From Antedon mediterranea (Eukaryota > Animalia > Echinodermata), in the NCBI RefSeq assembly GCF_964355755.1, contig NC_092671.1, positions 15,066,001 to 15,130,000 on the forward strand: a DNA stretch of 64,000 nucleotides, given 5' to 3'. A program made the position numbers and the translations under genes. Below are positions 11,396-25,890 of the stretch, one piece after another. The notes beneath the pieces are model-generated. The model was not told the origin of the DNA. It was given only the letters and a program-made list of their open reading frames with translations, and did no database searches. Numbering within the stretch: position 1 is the first letter of the stretch; each line of letters begins with the position of its first letter.

Positions 11396-14300
11396 TTAAC
11401 TACAAAATCCATATCAAGCTTGCTATATTTTCAGGTTTAATTTTCTCTTAATTTTCTTGATTGATTTTAGGTAGAGAATTTTTAAGTGTACAGGAACATG
11501 ATTTACCAATGTTTATTGTGTAGATCTAACTAATTTGTTTACATACAATAAAACGCTACTGTAAATTACACTACTAATTTACTATTGAAACATTCACGCA
11601 AAAGAAATGTGATGTTCAATGCCTCTTTACCGAGTATCGGGTTTCTTTTTCATTATTTTTGAAAGCCTTGAAAAACCAAACTCTTAGTTATATGACAGAG
11701 ATTCGTTTCAAAGATGTGATCAAACGTCATCTCAAACCCACAAATATCAATGTTGAAACCTGGGAGCCTAAATCAAACTGCAGGAAGGCTATTTCGCAAA
11801 AAAAGTACTTTCTATCAAGAAAAAAAACGAGAAGACACACAATATACTCAATACAATCAAAGATCATCTTTGTACACACTGCGAAAAAAAAAAGAAAGAA
11901 AGATCCTTCTGCGACAGAAGTGACTCTTGTACTAGAAGAAAAAGAATAATACTACTGCTGTACAATAGAATGTGTTTTTTTTTGGAATGCTTTACTGAAG
12001 GAATATTTTTATTATAAGTCTAGTAGAAATACTTAATGGTATCCGCTCATTATTGGGGGACTGTGTTTGATAGATTTCATTCATCCTTTATGAAAGCTTA
12101 CTAAAACTACTAAACCAAAGACTTGACTGAGGCTACAAAATGAAAACGAAAATATTTCCAGATTTCTACTGTATTACCGGCATATCAGTGTAGTATCGAA
12201 GCATCAGTATGTACAGATAGATAATGAAAGAAGGTGATCTGCATAAAATTCTACTTTGGTAGTCTGTAGGCGTAGAGAACGTGTTAAAGAAAATTACTAT
12301 AATTCTGTTCAAACTGCACACACAATCAATTTTCTTGAAACCATAATGCTGAATAATAATGCAAATATAAATATAATTGCATTGTGCTAGAGTACTATTG
12401 ATGTTAGTATACAGTGTTTATAGGATTTTTATGAGGGATATTTTATCCAGAAAACAAAACTTTTTCATGGCATATTTTCTTCCAAAAAGGGCAAAAACCG
12501 GATTACACTCTTGGTTTTACCCCTTATCAATTGCAGTATATTGTACTGTCACTTTTCTATAATTATAAATAAATATTGGATACCATTGCCAAATTAAAAA
12601 ATTCCATTATCAGAACCACAAATCTGTGAATATTTATTTATTAATGTAATTGCAAACAATGAAATTCACGAACTTATCTCAAGAGTCAACTTGATAAGGT
12701 TGCTGAGCAACACAGGGCATGATGGGAGTATTGAATCTGATTGCCCTGTTTGCTGATCACTGTGATATGCAGTGTCAACACATAAAACAAACCATTTAGA
12801 TCATGTGACTAACAAACGGCGTGTATTTTGTAGTAGATCATATTTGGTTCTATATTGTTTGTAATGCTTGGTGTTTAAGTTGTTTTTTTATCCATACTAA
12901 ACGGTAGATCATTTACCAGATATAAATTGTATATCTTACTCGATATGAGTTTAATGTATTAGTCGTACAAAACAAGCAATTTAGGTGGAATTCCAGATTT
13001 CAACCATGTCTTTTTTTGCAATCACAGCAAAGCGTAAGTGAACAAAGATGATTCTGTTCAATTTTTAGAGCTTGAAGGCTTTTTCTCTAGCCCTCTTTGG
13101 TTAATTATCAGTAGCTGTACGGTAGGTTTCATTAGACGATGTACCATTATCTAGGCTTAATTTGTTAGATGAGGCTGGTGGGGATGGCTGCTTATATTCA
13201 CTAACCACCAGGCACAAAGAAATATCGGTTGAACAGCCCAAATTGATTGATGTTCTACCATATATCTGTATTTTTCAGCATTTAACAAGTTGTCATGCCC
13301 TTTATGTATTGCAGCAGTTTAAATGCAATGCCTGTTTTTCTCTTTAACCTTTAAAAGTTATGATGCTCTAGGCTGAATAATAGGTTCTGATTTTTAGTGT
13401 ACCAAGTTTTTTTTCCATGCAAATGTGCCTTTTGCACAGGACCTTGTGGCCAAGTGTCCAAAAGATGAGCCTTCTCACACACCTACGTTCATTATTTAAT
13501 TACCCATGATTTTACATTTTGCTGAGAATAAGATGGTCCTTTCACCATGGGCCATAGACGTTAGATTGTTATAAATAACATCATAATGCATTTAATAGAT
13601 TTTAAATGTATGAGGATTATCCTGATCCATAGGAATGTGGTAGAGAGAGAGAGATAGATTAAAATACCTTCATAAATTTATCAAGATCTCAACAATCATC
13701 CAATGGCCCTTTGGCACATACTGAATACTGAACAGTCTATATATCAGCATATATTGCTATCATTCATAACTTGGTAATAATCTCTAGTATGTATTCACAT
13801 TATGCAAAATCTAATAATCTGAATGAAATAGCCGGGGGCCACATATGAGGTCCATATTTTCATTCTACCTAGTCATTTCTGCTTTCTAGAAGTAAATGTG
13901 TATGCCTCTAGGCTGAGTTCAACCAAATAAACTTATTACTGTAGTACCTGAACCTTTTTTTTTCATAGCTTAAAAAGATTGGGCTATAAGTACAGTATAT
14001 GAAGACAAATAAAAATATTTCAAATAAATCTTAAATTGTTTAGCTTCAAAATCTATAAATAGTTTTTGTGTCTGATAATTAAATTAAATTTTAAATTAAA
14101 TTGACCAATACTGTTCAGATTATTTATAGAGTGCTTTCATAATTGTAAAGCAAGGTCAATATAATTATGTAATGGCATAACTTCATTAAAGACACTGAGA
14201 AGTGTCACAGATTACTTAACAAACAAAAGCTCAGTGTCCATAAGAAGTGGCTTTCACTAATCTTTTTAGTTCATACAATACAAAACCATAACTCAGTTTG

Positions 14301-15982
14301 TGCTGGGTTAAAATCTGATAGTGTAGTGACTCCTCCTTTCACTTTTCACTTGATGCGATACTGTACTGGTTTTTTTTTAATACTTTTTATGAATTTAAAT
14401 TTTAATTTAAATAAAATATTAACTTTTGAAAACAGCTTTGGATCTGGCCCAAAAAAAGAGGTTGGGAGTTTCTGGTTTTCTTTGTGTTGTGGGAGACAAT
14501 GTTGATTGACTAATGATGACCATCAAATCGTCAAACTTTTTTCATCTTTTTTTTAATCCCATATTTGCCACCTAAAAATAAATTATGCTCTTTTAAATAC
14601 AGCAAAAAACTGTTCTTTTGTTAAACATGATTTTGTTTTCCATAAAAAAATGTGGAATAGATATTATTTTGACAATATTTATGGTCGTATATCTTTCTAT
14701 TCTCATCACTTTCCATTAGTACTGTCTGATTTTGCATTAAAACAATGACAACATTTCTTTATATTGCTCTTAATTGCCATTTCTAATTTGGTTTAAATGC
14801 CAAGACAACTTGTGTATGATGTGTGTATTTTTAGGCTACTCGTCTTGTAATAAATGTACTGCCATCATAGAGCGTGCAATGTTATGACATTTTAACATGT
14901 AATTGCCATTGCTTCTCACAGATACACATTAATGTTTAAGCAATACAAGCATTTGACCCACTTCTTATCTTGTCAATAAAATCATGTACATTTCTATACA
15001 ATATTCAGTTCAGTATATCCTGGCTTGTTATTAGCTTGAATAAACAATCCATTTTAAATCACAAAGTGTGGTATCGGCATCAGCAGCATGCAATATCATG
15101 ATATTTTTAAAATAAATTCCCAGAGCGCTGTTTATTATTCATGGTTTTTGAGGGAGGTGTTTATTTTTTGGGTATAAAATGGTAACATACTGTAATTAAC
15201 TTTAAAAATTGTATCAGTCAAGAAATTCTACTATAAATAGATATTTGTTATAATACAGTATTTTGTGTATATATGAATGTGACTGTATTTGGGCTAGTGT
15301 TGCCCGAAAGCTCTGCTAACTTTTCTGGCTGTTTACTTTATCGTTTTGATTTAGCTTTTCGCTTCTTTTTTTTTTTGTATCTCCATTGAGATCCAGCCAC
15401 TGATACCCACAGCATTGTCATTTTTTTCAGTAATTTGCCTTTGGATTTATATATATGAATGTGACTGTATTCAATATACTGTATTCAAGTGGATTTTTTC
15501 AATGCGGGATGTTTACTTATTATTATAATGATTTTTTAGTATAATAATATAACTCCATTTTAAAAGTATTATACAATATTAAAACTTGATTTGACACTGT
15601 GACTTGTCTCATCCTGAGGATGTTTTATTTTGTAAGGCTACGTCCCCAATTGTTGAATAATAGTTTTTAGTATAGTACTGACATGGCCATTTTCACTTTT
15701 ATATGTGATACTGTAAATTTTATTTAGTATCATTATTCTGTCATTCTTATTTTATTGCTTTAATTATAGTCTTTTTATTGTCATCGTACTGTAATTAAAA
15801 ATTAAAAGCCAATTTAACATTTGCATGTGGAAACTTCCATAAATTATTTATTGGTTGCCAAACAAAACTGCACTGACTACTCTGCTTGTGAAAATAAATG
15901 TCATTGTGGTATTAATAAACAATAATACTGTGTTTAGTATGAGAAATGATACTGTACGCAGTGGCGTAACGCAGAGGCCTAA

Positions 15983-16164
15983 AGGCCAATTTACACAGAC
16001 AAGTGGTAGCGGTAAGCGGATAATTATGTAGCTTGTCCCACATCGAGTCGGTATCTATCCTGAGCGGAAACCGCCCATCCCCTCCGCGTTGTGTGTAAAA
16101 TGGTCATAAGGAATAAGATTCTATATTTTTATTACCGTTACTGCTCGTCTGTGTAAATTGGCCT
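15983..16164. mobile_element. Harbinger-like MITE
   Basis: 18-bp TIR AGGCCAATTTACACAGAC / GTCTGTGTAAATTGGCCT with TA-containing flanks; nested in a CAGTGGCGTA...GGGCCCC MITE remnant. Confidence 0.7.
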
Positions 16165-16269
16165 TATGACCGCTGGAGGCCTCGGGTGTTTTTAGCCTTT
16201 TTTGACCTTTAATGCCTGTTTTTTCCTCTGTGCACTGCTCAGGGGCACCCATAAGATCCGGGGCCCCTG

Positions 16270-16397
16270 GGTTTAGCCAATGACTGTACGTTCAGTAACT
16301 GTACAATAAGATAGGTATTGGCACAATAGTGAAGGTTTAGCCAATGACTGTACGTTCAGTAACTGTACAATAAGATAGGTATTGGCACAATAGTGAA
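16270..16397. repeat. Perfect 64-bp tandem duplication
   Basis: GGTTTAGCCAATGACTGTACG...GCACAATAGTGAA occurs twice, head to tail. Confidence 0.9.
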
Positions 16398-16919
16398 TAC
16401 ACTAAACCAATCCTGCATTATATATTAAAGGTGATTAGAAAGGCTCAAATTAGAAAGGCTCAAATTTGATAAACTTGATTACTCAACCTGCGATATCCTG
16501 AATACTAATGAGTAAGATTGGAAATAGCTGAATTCCCAGGTGATCTTTATTAGCTTAGGAATATCGCCTTAATAGCCAAGAATCCAATTATCTTGATTTT
16601 ACAGTGCAAATAATGTGTTCTACAGTAATTTGTAAATGCTTTAAACCTATAATAATATCAAATGAGATTATTGCTTATTTCAACATAGAAAAGAATGATT
16701 TCTTTATATGTAAATAAACTAGTTTGAGACTAAGATAAGAGAAGACAAGGATTTCTCTGAATTATAGCAAACGTTTTATAGTGTTGTTCTCAATTTTGAT
16801 GAACTTCAATATTGGGACTGTAGACGTGGAGTCTCATAACTATCATATAATTGTATGTTGCATCTGTATCCATTTGCATTTTGTTTTAGTATTATAATTC
16901 TTTTTCTTTTTTATCATAG

Positions 16920-16991
16920 AAGAAGAAAATGAGGGGGAGACACAGCCCCATTCTGATGGCAGTAGTGGCATCTCTTCCTTATATAAGCATG
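16920..16991 (+). CDS. Candidate upstream coding exon of the WS/DGAT-like gene (EENEGETQPHSDGSSGISSLYKH)
   Basis: Polypyrimidine tract + TAG acceptor, G|GTAAGC donor; 72 nt, phase 1-1, joins in frame to 19128. Confidence 0.65.
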
Positions 16992-18391
16992 GTAAGCAGT
17001 CATTCTTTAAATTTTTTATTTATTTGGTTGTTATCACGCAACTTGACAAATTTATTATGTCCAAACCTCATGCTACAAATTGAAACATGCGGATTTGTTT
17101 ATGGAAGTTTTAAGACATCAAGTCATTATTTATCACAGCTTAGGGTATACGATAAAAATCCTTTCAAAAATCTACTTATTTTATAAATATATTAAAAATT
17201 TAAACCAAACACACCTTTAATACTATTTAATGTAGACAGATGTTAATATAGCATATTACTGCTCTTTTTACAGTAAATTAATGTCTCATTATAGATATTT
17301 TATGAATTGTAATTAATTTAATTTCCGTTACATTATTAACTTCATAAATGTCTTAAAAATTATATTGCTTTGTTGTATTATGTCAATGATTGATTTGTTT
17401 ATGGAAAAATTACTATTAATAAATGTATTGAGGCTGCTCTTTTTGTAAAGTACGTACACAATATTATAATTACAAAGTCATTACACATACTCCATGCACA
17501 CACTGTACTGTAATAATCAGAATTGACTGCATCAACCAAAATGTAGAGAATGTGAGAACAATTCTGGCAATTTATTATAATTATACCAAAGATAATAAAG
17601 AGTATTTCAAGAACACTAGTTTTACACTTTATATTACAAAATTTTTAATTTTAACACTACTTGGCTTAAGCAAGAGCAACGTATCAAACATCACAACCAT
17701 CACACTACAGCATACCTTGTCTTTACATCTACTGTACCTAGAGAGAACATATGCAAATTCTATGTATTTGCCTAAAGAGTGAATGTGAGTGAAAGATATA
17801 CAGTAGAGAAACATGTTAATGTTTTTTTCACATCAGCCTGGAAAACATTTTCTAATGTCATGTCTTCTTCACATACTGCTTTAAGGCAATAGCCATAATG
17901 TCATTATGCTAATGAACATTTTGAAACCTGTACCATGTTGATTTCTTTTGAGATAACATTTAAAGGTCATGTGAATAAATTAAATCTATAATTACTCTAA
18001 AATAAATTGGCAACTGTAAATTAATTTTTATAAACGAATTATTCATTACTAAGGAAATAACGTGCTCTCCATATAAAAATTAAATATAAGATTATATCAT
18101 TTACAATATATTTCAGTTAAAATACCCAATTTATAAAAATGTCCATTTTAAATAGTTTGATATTGTTACTGTACAATACAATATTACTACATTGCTACAG
18201 TAAAGTGTTCTTTTTATACTGTAGGTACATCACTCTTAATGCAGCCACTTCTTGAAATCACATTAAAATCATCCTTAAAAGTATTATCACCTATCCATGT
18301 AAAGAGTACAATATAACTTTATTCATGGCCATAAATGAACATAAAGCCCATTAGAAAAGTATAGAATGTCATTTGCATTTCAATCACTTAA

Positions 18392-18735
18392 AGATGTATT
18401 GTCCCCCAAAATCATGAAAAATAAAGATTTTTAAAATCGGACTTTGAATAGGCAATTTTGCAGTTTTAATGAAGTTGTTCACTTCCATAAGAAAAAAAAC
18501 GGGGGAAAAAATTATTTCACCTTTAAAAAGACAAAATAAACAGTTAAATTACCCAAAAACTCATTGTCTTCCAGACAATTTGACCATTTTTTGCTTTAAA
18601 TTACATTTTTCTCAGGTAAATAAATTTTTTTCAGACCCAATTTTTTGTGAGAGTGAATAACTATAATGTGACATTAAAATAACATATTCAAAAAAAAAAT
18701 TAAAAAAAATATTTTTTTAGGCGGACAATATATCT
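18392..18735. mobile_element. TTAA-specific MITE (Kolobok-like)
   Basis: TTAA|AGATGTATTGTCC ... GGACAATATATCT|TTAA; related copies near 1070-1250, 38100-38340 and 48474-48785. Confidence 0.7.
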
Positions 18736-19127
18736 TTAATAATGCTAACATTGTTTTCAAAACATAAAATTCTTAGATTTCCCAAGATGAAATATTATCT
18801 GATAACGAACACAATTTACTTATTCCCCAGATCAATTACACTATTGCTAATAGACACACATTGTAGTGTGCTCATGTTCTCTTCAAAATCCTTGGGTTAA
18901 GGGCGGAGAAAATCAATTTTTTGTACTTTTTGGGATACTTCTAGGTATTTTAAATATTTAAAATATAGATAGCAAACACATAGATAGTTTGTATATGTTT
19001 GTATTCTAACCCTTCCTAACAAAATGTTATATGCAAATGGTTTTTCCCGCAAACAGGAAAGCTGTGGTCAGTAACATACCATTATATGCAAGAGACTTAA
19101 CATAATGTGTCTTAATTTTGTCCACAG

Positions 19128-21588
19128 AAAACAGGAAGGCTGTGGTTGCTAACATACCATCAATAAAAAGTTTTGGTCATGCACCATCCGCTATCTCATT
19201 TATCACGATGGAGGATGGTGAACAGTACTGTGAATTTCAGTTCCAAGATGAAAACTGCACCGATATCAAAAACAAGAAACAAAAGGCGGAAAAACCAGAT
19301 ATGTATGCCCCTTGTCCTGGAAAACTTAAAAATCCACTCCAGAAAAATTTCCTATATACAGTAGCATCATTTATCGTATTTGTTAGTACTGCAACATTCC
19401 TATTGCTTCCAACATGTGTAATAATGTTAGTTTTGGTTCCAGTTGCATATATTATTAGAAAAATAATTCGCTGTTTTGCAAATACTTGTAATTGCTATGC
19501 ACCATGTTGCTGTTATACAGCAAATTGGCTCACAGACGATGAGAAACACTGGCTAGATGATCCAAGTTTGGAAAAGCCTGTAGTTCAAGCGTTACTTGAG
19601 GTCGAAGGTCGTATGGAAACGTCAAGATTAAAATCATTAATTTTATCGCGTGTTGTATCAAAAGAAAACAAGCAAGGAAAGAAACAGTTTCAGCGTTTTA
19701 CTCAAAAAATAGTTTGCCTTAAGTCTGGTAGTATTTGGGTTAATGATCTCAATTTTAATATTGACAATCACGTTTTTGACGCACCCCAAACTTTTAATAA
19801 TATAGAAGATTTACAAGAATTTATTTCACAAATATCAACAAAACAACTACTATTTGGCAGACCACTGTGGGAAGTATGTGTATGTTATGTAGGAAAGGGA
19901 GAAAACATAAAGACATATCTCCTATTTCGGATTCATCCATGCATGACTGACGGTATTAGTCTTGTTGAAATTTTACGCAAGTTCTTAGCAGATGAACATG
20001 AAACTTCGGATTTTAAATCTAGGTATGGCCGTGAAGCACTCATGTTCAATAGCGTACAAGCATTTTGTGTCGGTCTTATTGTGTTTTTGTCTCATTTACT
20101 TGGAAAACGCGACGTTTTTATGCCATGTATAAAGCCTATGAACGGAGAGAAAAAATTATTATGGTCGGATCCAATCAGTCTTGCCTCAGTGAAACGTATA
20201 AAGCTTATAACACGAATGTCTCTAAACGATGTGTTGTTGTCAACAATATCCGGTAGTTTACGTGGCTATTTCAAATCGCAAGGTATTACAAACCCGTGCA
20301 ATCTTCATGCTAACATTCCTGTTGATTTTCGCAGTTCTACGCAGCTGCTTGAACTCGGTAACCGTTACACGTTTGCACGTGCACCATTAACTACTAATAT
20401 TGAGGGCACTATTCCACGTCTTTGGGAATTAAAACATCAAATGCTGGAAGTAAAAAACTCAGGTGACCCTATGGTTATATATAATGTAATGAAAGTAATA
20501 AGAGTTCTTTTCCCGCAATTTATTTCCAAAGGTGTTCTAGCTAGTCTTTATAACCGTAGCTTTTGTACAATAGCAAATTTACCAGGATCTGAAACAAAGT
20601 TGAGTCTGGGAGGTTTCAAGATACAGTCAATCGTCTACTGGATGCCTACAAGAGACAAGGTTGTTATGAGTTTCTCAGCGATAACATATGCAGATGAGCT
20701 ACGTGTTGGATTACTTGTCGACAAAGCTGCAGTTCCTGATCCTCAAATAATTCTTTGCGAATTAAAAAAACAGGTTTGTTTAATGACATATATTTTATTA
20801 TGTGTATTAAATTAGAGGCAATTTAGCTTGAAGAAACCTCATGGATACAAAGGCTTGATTTGAACCTAGATCTTGAGATTTGAGATTTTCATATTCTAGG
20901 AACATATTATTTTACCAGTTTGCAATCATTCATTTAAATATTTTTAATTAACATGTTTAAAAAATGTATTTGAAATTTTATGATTTTAAAACAAATGATA
21001 TCCATTTATTATTATATTATAATCATAATATTTTATTATTATTTTAAATAAATTTGTTTATTTCAGTTTGCAGTGATAACTGACATTTTACAATACCGAC
21101 GCATCCCTGGAGAGAAAAGGCCACGTACACTAGATGATAATGAATATGAGGTCAGTTTGTGTGAGCCCTAATGCCTATCTTGTGAACTAAGTTCCCATAT
21201 ATACCCTACACTACACTTTATTTGTTTCTTAAAACAAAGCAATGGTTCAACATATATTCTGGTTTTAAATACCAAAATGAATACTTAATTGAAACCCAAT
21301 TTATATGTACTATTAATAGTGTATTAATTATTAAAAAAAGATAAAACATTTTATATATTTTAGGATGAAGATGACCCTCTAGATGAAGAAGTACGGCATC
21401 CAAAGCTGAAACAGCCATCGGAGCATGAGGCTCACACATCTCAAATGCGCCCTCTGTCGGGTCCGAACATTGCCTTATCAACAATTATTGCAAATACCCA
21501 GGTAGATTTAGAGGAATCTAAAGTAATTGAGAAAGTAAACAATGCTGAAAATCAAAACTTTTCACCATGCGTAGAGCGTAAATGTTAA
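19128..21588 (+). CDS. Wax ester synthase/diacylglycerol O-acyltransferase (WS/DGAT) family protein with altered active-site motif; exons 19128-20773, 21067-21150, 21364-21588
   Basis: Family motifs RFTQK, FNIDNH, RPLWE, RIHPCMTDG (HHxxxDG position), SLNDVLL, GNR, ANLPG, SAITYADELRVG; N-terminal hydrophobic segments. GT-AG sites give two further in-frame exons (FAVITDILQYRRIPGEKR...; DEDDPL...VERKC*). Confidence 0.88.
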
Positions 21589-21741
21589 AAGTAAACTTTG
21601 CTGTTGTGTGTACACTTTTAAACTTAGATTTTAAATTTTGTAATTTGTTTACATGCAATATTATCCACCTACAGTAGGATACCCAAAAAAACAACATAAA
21701 ATGAACCGTTATAATAATTCCATTCCATACAATATTCCTTA

Positions 21742-22575
21742 TTATATAACACCTAAATAAATTCCTGTCATTTGATTGGATGATTGTGAGTCACATGGCG
21801 TGCAATAGTACGCACTATTAAACGATCGTTTAATAGTACTTTTTGAAACATTTTTGTGTACGAAAAAAAAAAACGTCTCGCGGATGAAAAAAAATCTAGT
21901 ACACAAATTATCTTATGATATGGCTCTGTACTGTGAAATACAACAGCGCCACCTGTCTTCTGGCCTCAGTTTCATTTGTAAACACCACCGCGAGATATGC
22001 AACAGCAGCAGATATTTGTGTACGATTTGGACATATATGTACTAATTTCATTCAAAAAGGCATTTAAATTAGCTTTAGATCGTTTTTAGGATTTTGATTA
22101 ATTAATGGGGAAATCCCTACAATACGTGGAATTGTTGGAAAAACCATAATTAGCCTAGATAAGTTCCAATTTTCTAGGCGTTTTAACCTTGCTAGGCCTA
22201 AGGTTGTTTGGTCGTTTGTTGACATAATTAACACTAAAGTAGGTGTGTTTATAAAATCCATATAAATATAACATTTAATATAATATTAAAAACCAAATGA
22301 TACTGTTTTTAATCAATGTGAATGAAATGTAGGCCTTTGGCTAGGGCTACCTTACCTTATTTGATTCAAATGACAGGAATCTACTTAGATGTTATATAAA
22401 ACAAATAATGAATGTTTTATATTCGTGTAATGGTACAAGTGATGGCATTTGGTGAATGATGAAAGGTTAATATCAACTCGGCTGTCGCCTCGTTGATATA
22501 CAGTATAACCTTTCATCATTCACCTCATGCCATTATTTGTACCATTACACTCATAAACATTCATTATTTGTATAA
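21742..22575. mobile_element. Non-autonomous element with two adjacent inverted-repeat pairs
   Basis: IR pair 21742-21775 / 22366-22399, then a long hairpin 22401-22571 centred on CTCGGCTGTCGCCTCG; related fragment at ~35840-35900. Confidence 0.6.
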
Positions 22576-23464
22576 TAACATATCCTGTTATTACTATTTC
22601 CTGCTATATATTATTATTATTATCTGTATATTGCTACAGAATAAAATAAAAGCCAGTTATCATTAACCACATTACAAGGGTAATCAAGCATTTAATACTA
22701 AGAAATATTTATTTTGGTATAAATTTGATGATGCTATTACTACATGACAAATTTATAAATATGGACATTGTAATTCACATATGTTGTCATACAAACTAGC
22801 CTAATGGTTTTAAAACAGTGTATCTGACATAGTATAATCCCTTAGGGTGGCAAATGTTTACCATATTTAGTATTAAAATTATGCAGTAGGATTACTCTTA
22901 TCTCATATTAATACTCTTTTATTCTCTAACACTACACACATTATATTCACAATTTCACCAGAATTTATAAAATAAAAAAATAAAACAGGAACTGTTTTCA
23001 TTACTAAATAATTGATTTATTCATCACATCTAAGATATTAGATTATTATTAACATAAATGAATAAAAATGTTGAAATCCAACAACATTTTGAGAGATACT
23101 GTAAATTGAAAAACACAAAATACAGATATATTAAATAAGGCTAAGGTCAAGTCATCAATATAATTAGAAATTATGATTGATCATGGAAAATAATATGATT
23201 AATAATTGAAAATAAAATATAAACATTTTAATTAATTAATTTAATTAATGTAAACTTGAGTATAATTTACAAATTTAATTTAGATTTCCAGGACGAATTG
23301 AAGTATTATTTACAATCTTAGATAGCATTGTAAATACATTTTATACTTTTCAGTGCAATCAAAACCATGTAAAATTTATATGTAATAATATTAGAAATAC
23401 AGTAAGTAATATTGATTATTATGATTGCAGTATGATTCTGGACAATATGTATGTCAACTTCAAA

Positions 23465-23935
23465 GTAGAGACCATATTAAGGAGACACCTGGACCCAACA
23501 AAGTGTTTACTTAATAAATGTGTCCCTTGAATAGAGGTTGGTTATAGTGTACACGTTTCCACTTGTTTGTTTTACAAAAAAGTGTCTCCTGAATAGGGGT
23601 TCCCCTTAAATAGGGTTGCACCTGAATAGTGATTGTCACTTGAATAGTGGTTTCTTGTGAATAGGGTGGTTGCACCTGAATAGTGATTGTCACTTGAATA
23701 GTGGTTTCATGTGAATAGGGTGGTATCCTGTGAATAGGGTGGTCTCCCATGAATAGGGTGGTGTCCCTTGAATAGTGGTGTCCATCTGAATAAGTTTGAA
23801 CAGTGGTTTCCTGTGAATTGAGTGGTATCCTGTGAATAGGGTGGTATCACTTGAATAGTGGTGTCCATCTGAATAAGTTTGAATAGTGGCTTCCTGTGAA
23901 TTAGGCGTATCCTGTGAATAGGGTGTTCTACTGTC
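23465..23935. repeat. Minisatellite-like array of TGAATAG(G/T)G(G/T) units, probably internal repeats of a MITE
   Basis: Many ~17-bp units such as CCTGTGAATAGGGTGGT; ends in TTCTACTG. Confidence 0.7.
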
Positions 23936-25491
23936 ATTTTACAATCATCTGTGTTTCAGCTGCTTGGCAGTCTCTGGTGCGACTTTATCTAAGTACCATT
24001 TGTAAATGAATAATTTATTTAAAAACAATTACACAATAATTATGTTTAGATAATTGTTTTTCATGTTTGATAAATGTATGGCAAATATTTGTTGACAAAT
24101 GTTTTCAATGTTTATGTTTTTTGTGATCGTAGAAATTTAAATTAATGTTTTAACATGAATGTACCGGACTCTGTAGTTGCCTTACTCATGGAGGTATTTT
24201 TTATACCTCCATGCAATACTTAAATCTTAATTTCTTATGTTGTAAGAAAAGCTTTGCCACAGGAATTAGACATACCATTTGCTTGTAACCTAAGACTTTG
24301 GGCACTGAATTGCCGTATGAAAGTTTTTTTATTTGTATTTTAAGTTCAAGGATTGAATAAAACATCCGTATAATTTATTCTTGTACTGTAGGACCGAGTT
24401 AAGGGCTTAATAATATAGGGCTTGGTGTTTAAGAGGATCCTTTACGGAGGCTGTTTCTTATACATGTTTTACCGATGTATATTAAATATAGTAAATACAG
24501 TAGGCCTAAATACCACAGTTATGTTGTTTACTTAAACAAAGTAGTTACGAAATTGTATATTCTATATGTACTTATGAATACATATAGATTATTGGTTGCA
24601 TAATATTTAAGTGTTTTCTGTATTTGTATATATTTTGAATAATATCCGTACGTCTGTGCAATTACAATTGTAAATATTGTTAATTTATTTAAATTTGTAT
24701 AAAAAATAGTATTCTCTAAAATTAACTGTGCAACCGGTCAATTATGTTTTTTAATTGTCTAGTGCACAACTTTGTAATTAAAGATATCTTGATAGAAATT
24801 AAAATTTAAATCTATGAAATTATATAATGAACATGATAATATTAACTACCATTAAGGAACAACTTGGTGGGCAGTAGAGCAAGACTCTTCTACTATTTAC
24901 ATATTTCTACATGTTATATGTAACTGATGGTTTGCCCCCTACTAAAAGTTCAACGATCATCTACAAAACATATATTCTTTTTATTGAAATACAATGTCGC
25001 AAATAGAAAAATCTAACCCATCCCATTTTTGTTTAAATAAGCAAATTCTTATATGCCTGTAGGCCTACTCTATGTAACAGTTTATTAGTCATAATATTTC
25101 TATCACCATGGAGAAATCCTAACTTATTTCTCCATGCTATTACAAAAACAATGCATTGTGCTTAATGAACAAGTATTTTAGTGAGGATATCTTTTTTTCG
25201 ATTTTTCATTTTCTTCCAAAACCTGACTGCTTTTTATTGTATACTGGCCTGAATGTTTATCAATAAATAATCTGTACTTAGATCATGACACTGTTGAATT
25301 CAGTAAAACTGTTCTTATGTGTCTTTAGGTCTAAAAAATGCTCAGTTTTAAATAAAGCTATTATTGCATGTTGAAATTTTTACACAATTTCTGGCCCGGA
25401 GGGGCAAGTTTTACTACACCAAGTCTAAACTGCGAATACATAGGCCTATTACAAGTATTATTGGAAATCAATGTTTTATGGGTGGAGTTTT

Positions 25492-25890
25492 GGAAATTTC
25501 CAGACATCAAAGATAAGAATAATTCAGATGAGAAGTAAAATATGTTGTGTTTAATATTTGATGATTTTAATTAATAATTTACAGTTTGAAGATCGAGAGA
25601 GAAGTTATTGAAAAAAAAAATTAGAGATTATGTATTAGGACTAGGGACCTGTATTTTTAGACTTTAATTAGTATTACCTGCAAAAGGAAATGTTAAAGGG
25701 TACAGAAGGCTATCAGTCAGTTGTAATTTTTCATTAGTCCTTCTTCTCTACAGATCATCGTACTGTAAATCATTGACTAAACTAAGTAAGTAAATATTAC
25801 ATTATGTTACTTATCATCCAATTGGTTCAGTTTTATCTTATCATTTGCTTCTGGAAATTCCCAAATCCCATCATAAACAATAAAACTGAG
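25492..25890 (+). promoter_or_regulatory. Putative NF-kB-responsive promoter of IFIT-like copy 1
   Basis: GGAAATTTCC 25492-25501; ATTGG 25821-25825; GGAAATTCCC 25853-25862; CATAAA 25872-25877. Spacing matches the promoters of copies 2 and 3. Confidence 0.55.

Noticed and set aside
11659-11949. 96-aa ORF as a gene
   Set aside because: Looks like a decayed LINE ORF2 C-terminal remnant (RFKDVIKRHLK..NINVETWE); no start or splice support.
19128-20773. Bacterial contamination or recent HGT of WS/DGAT
   Set aside because: Spliceosomal introns, host-like composition and flanking animal repeats; ancient origin cannot be judged without a tree.
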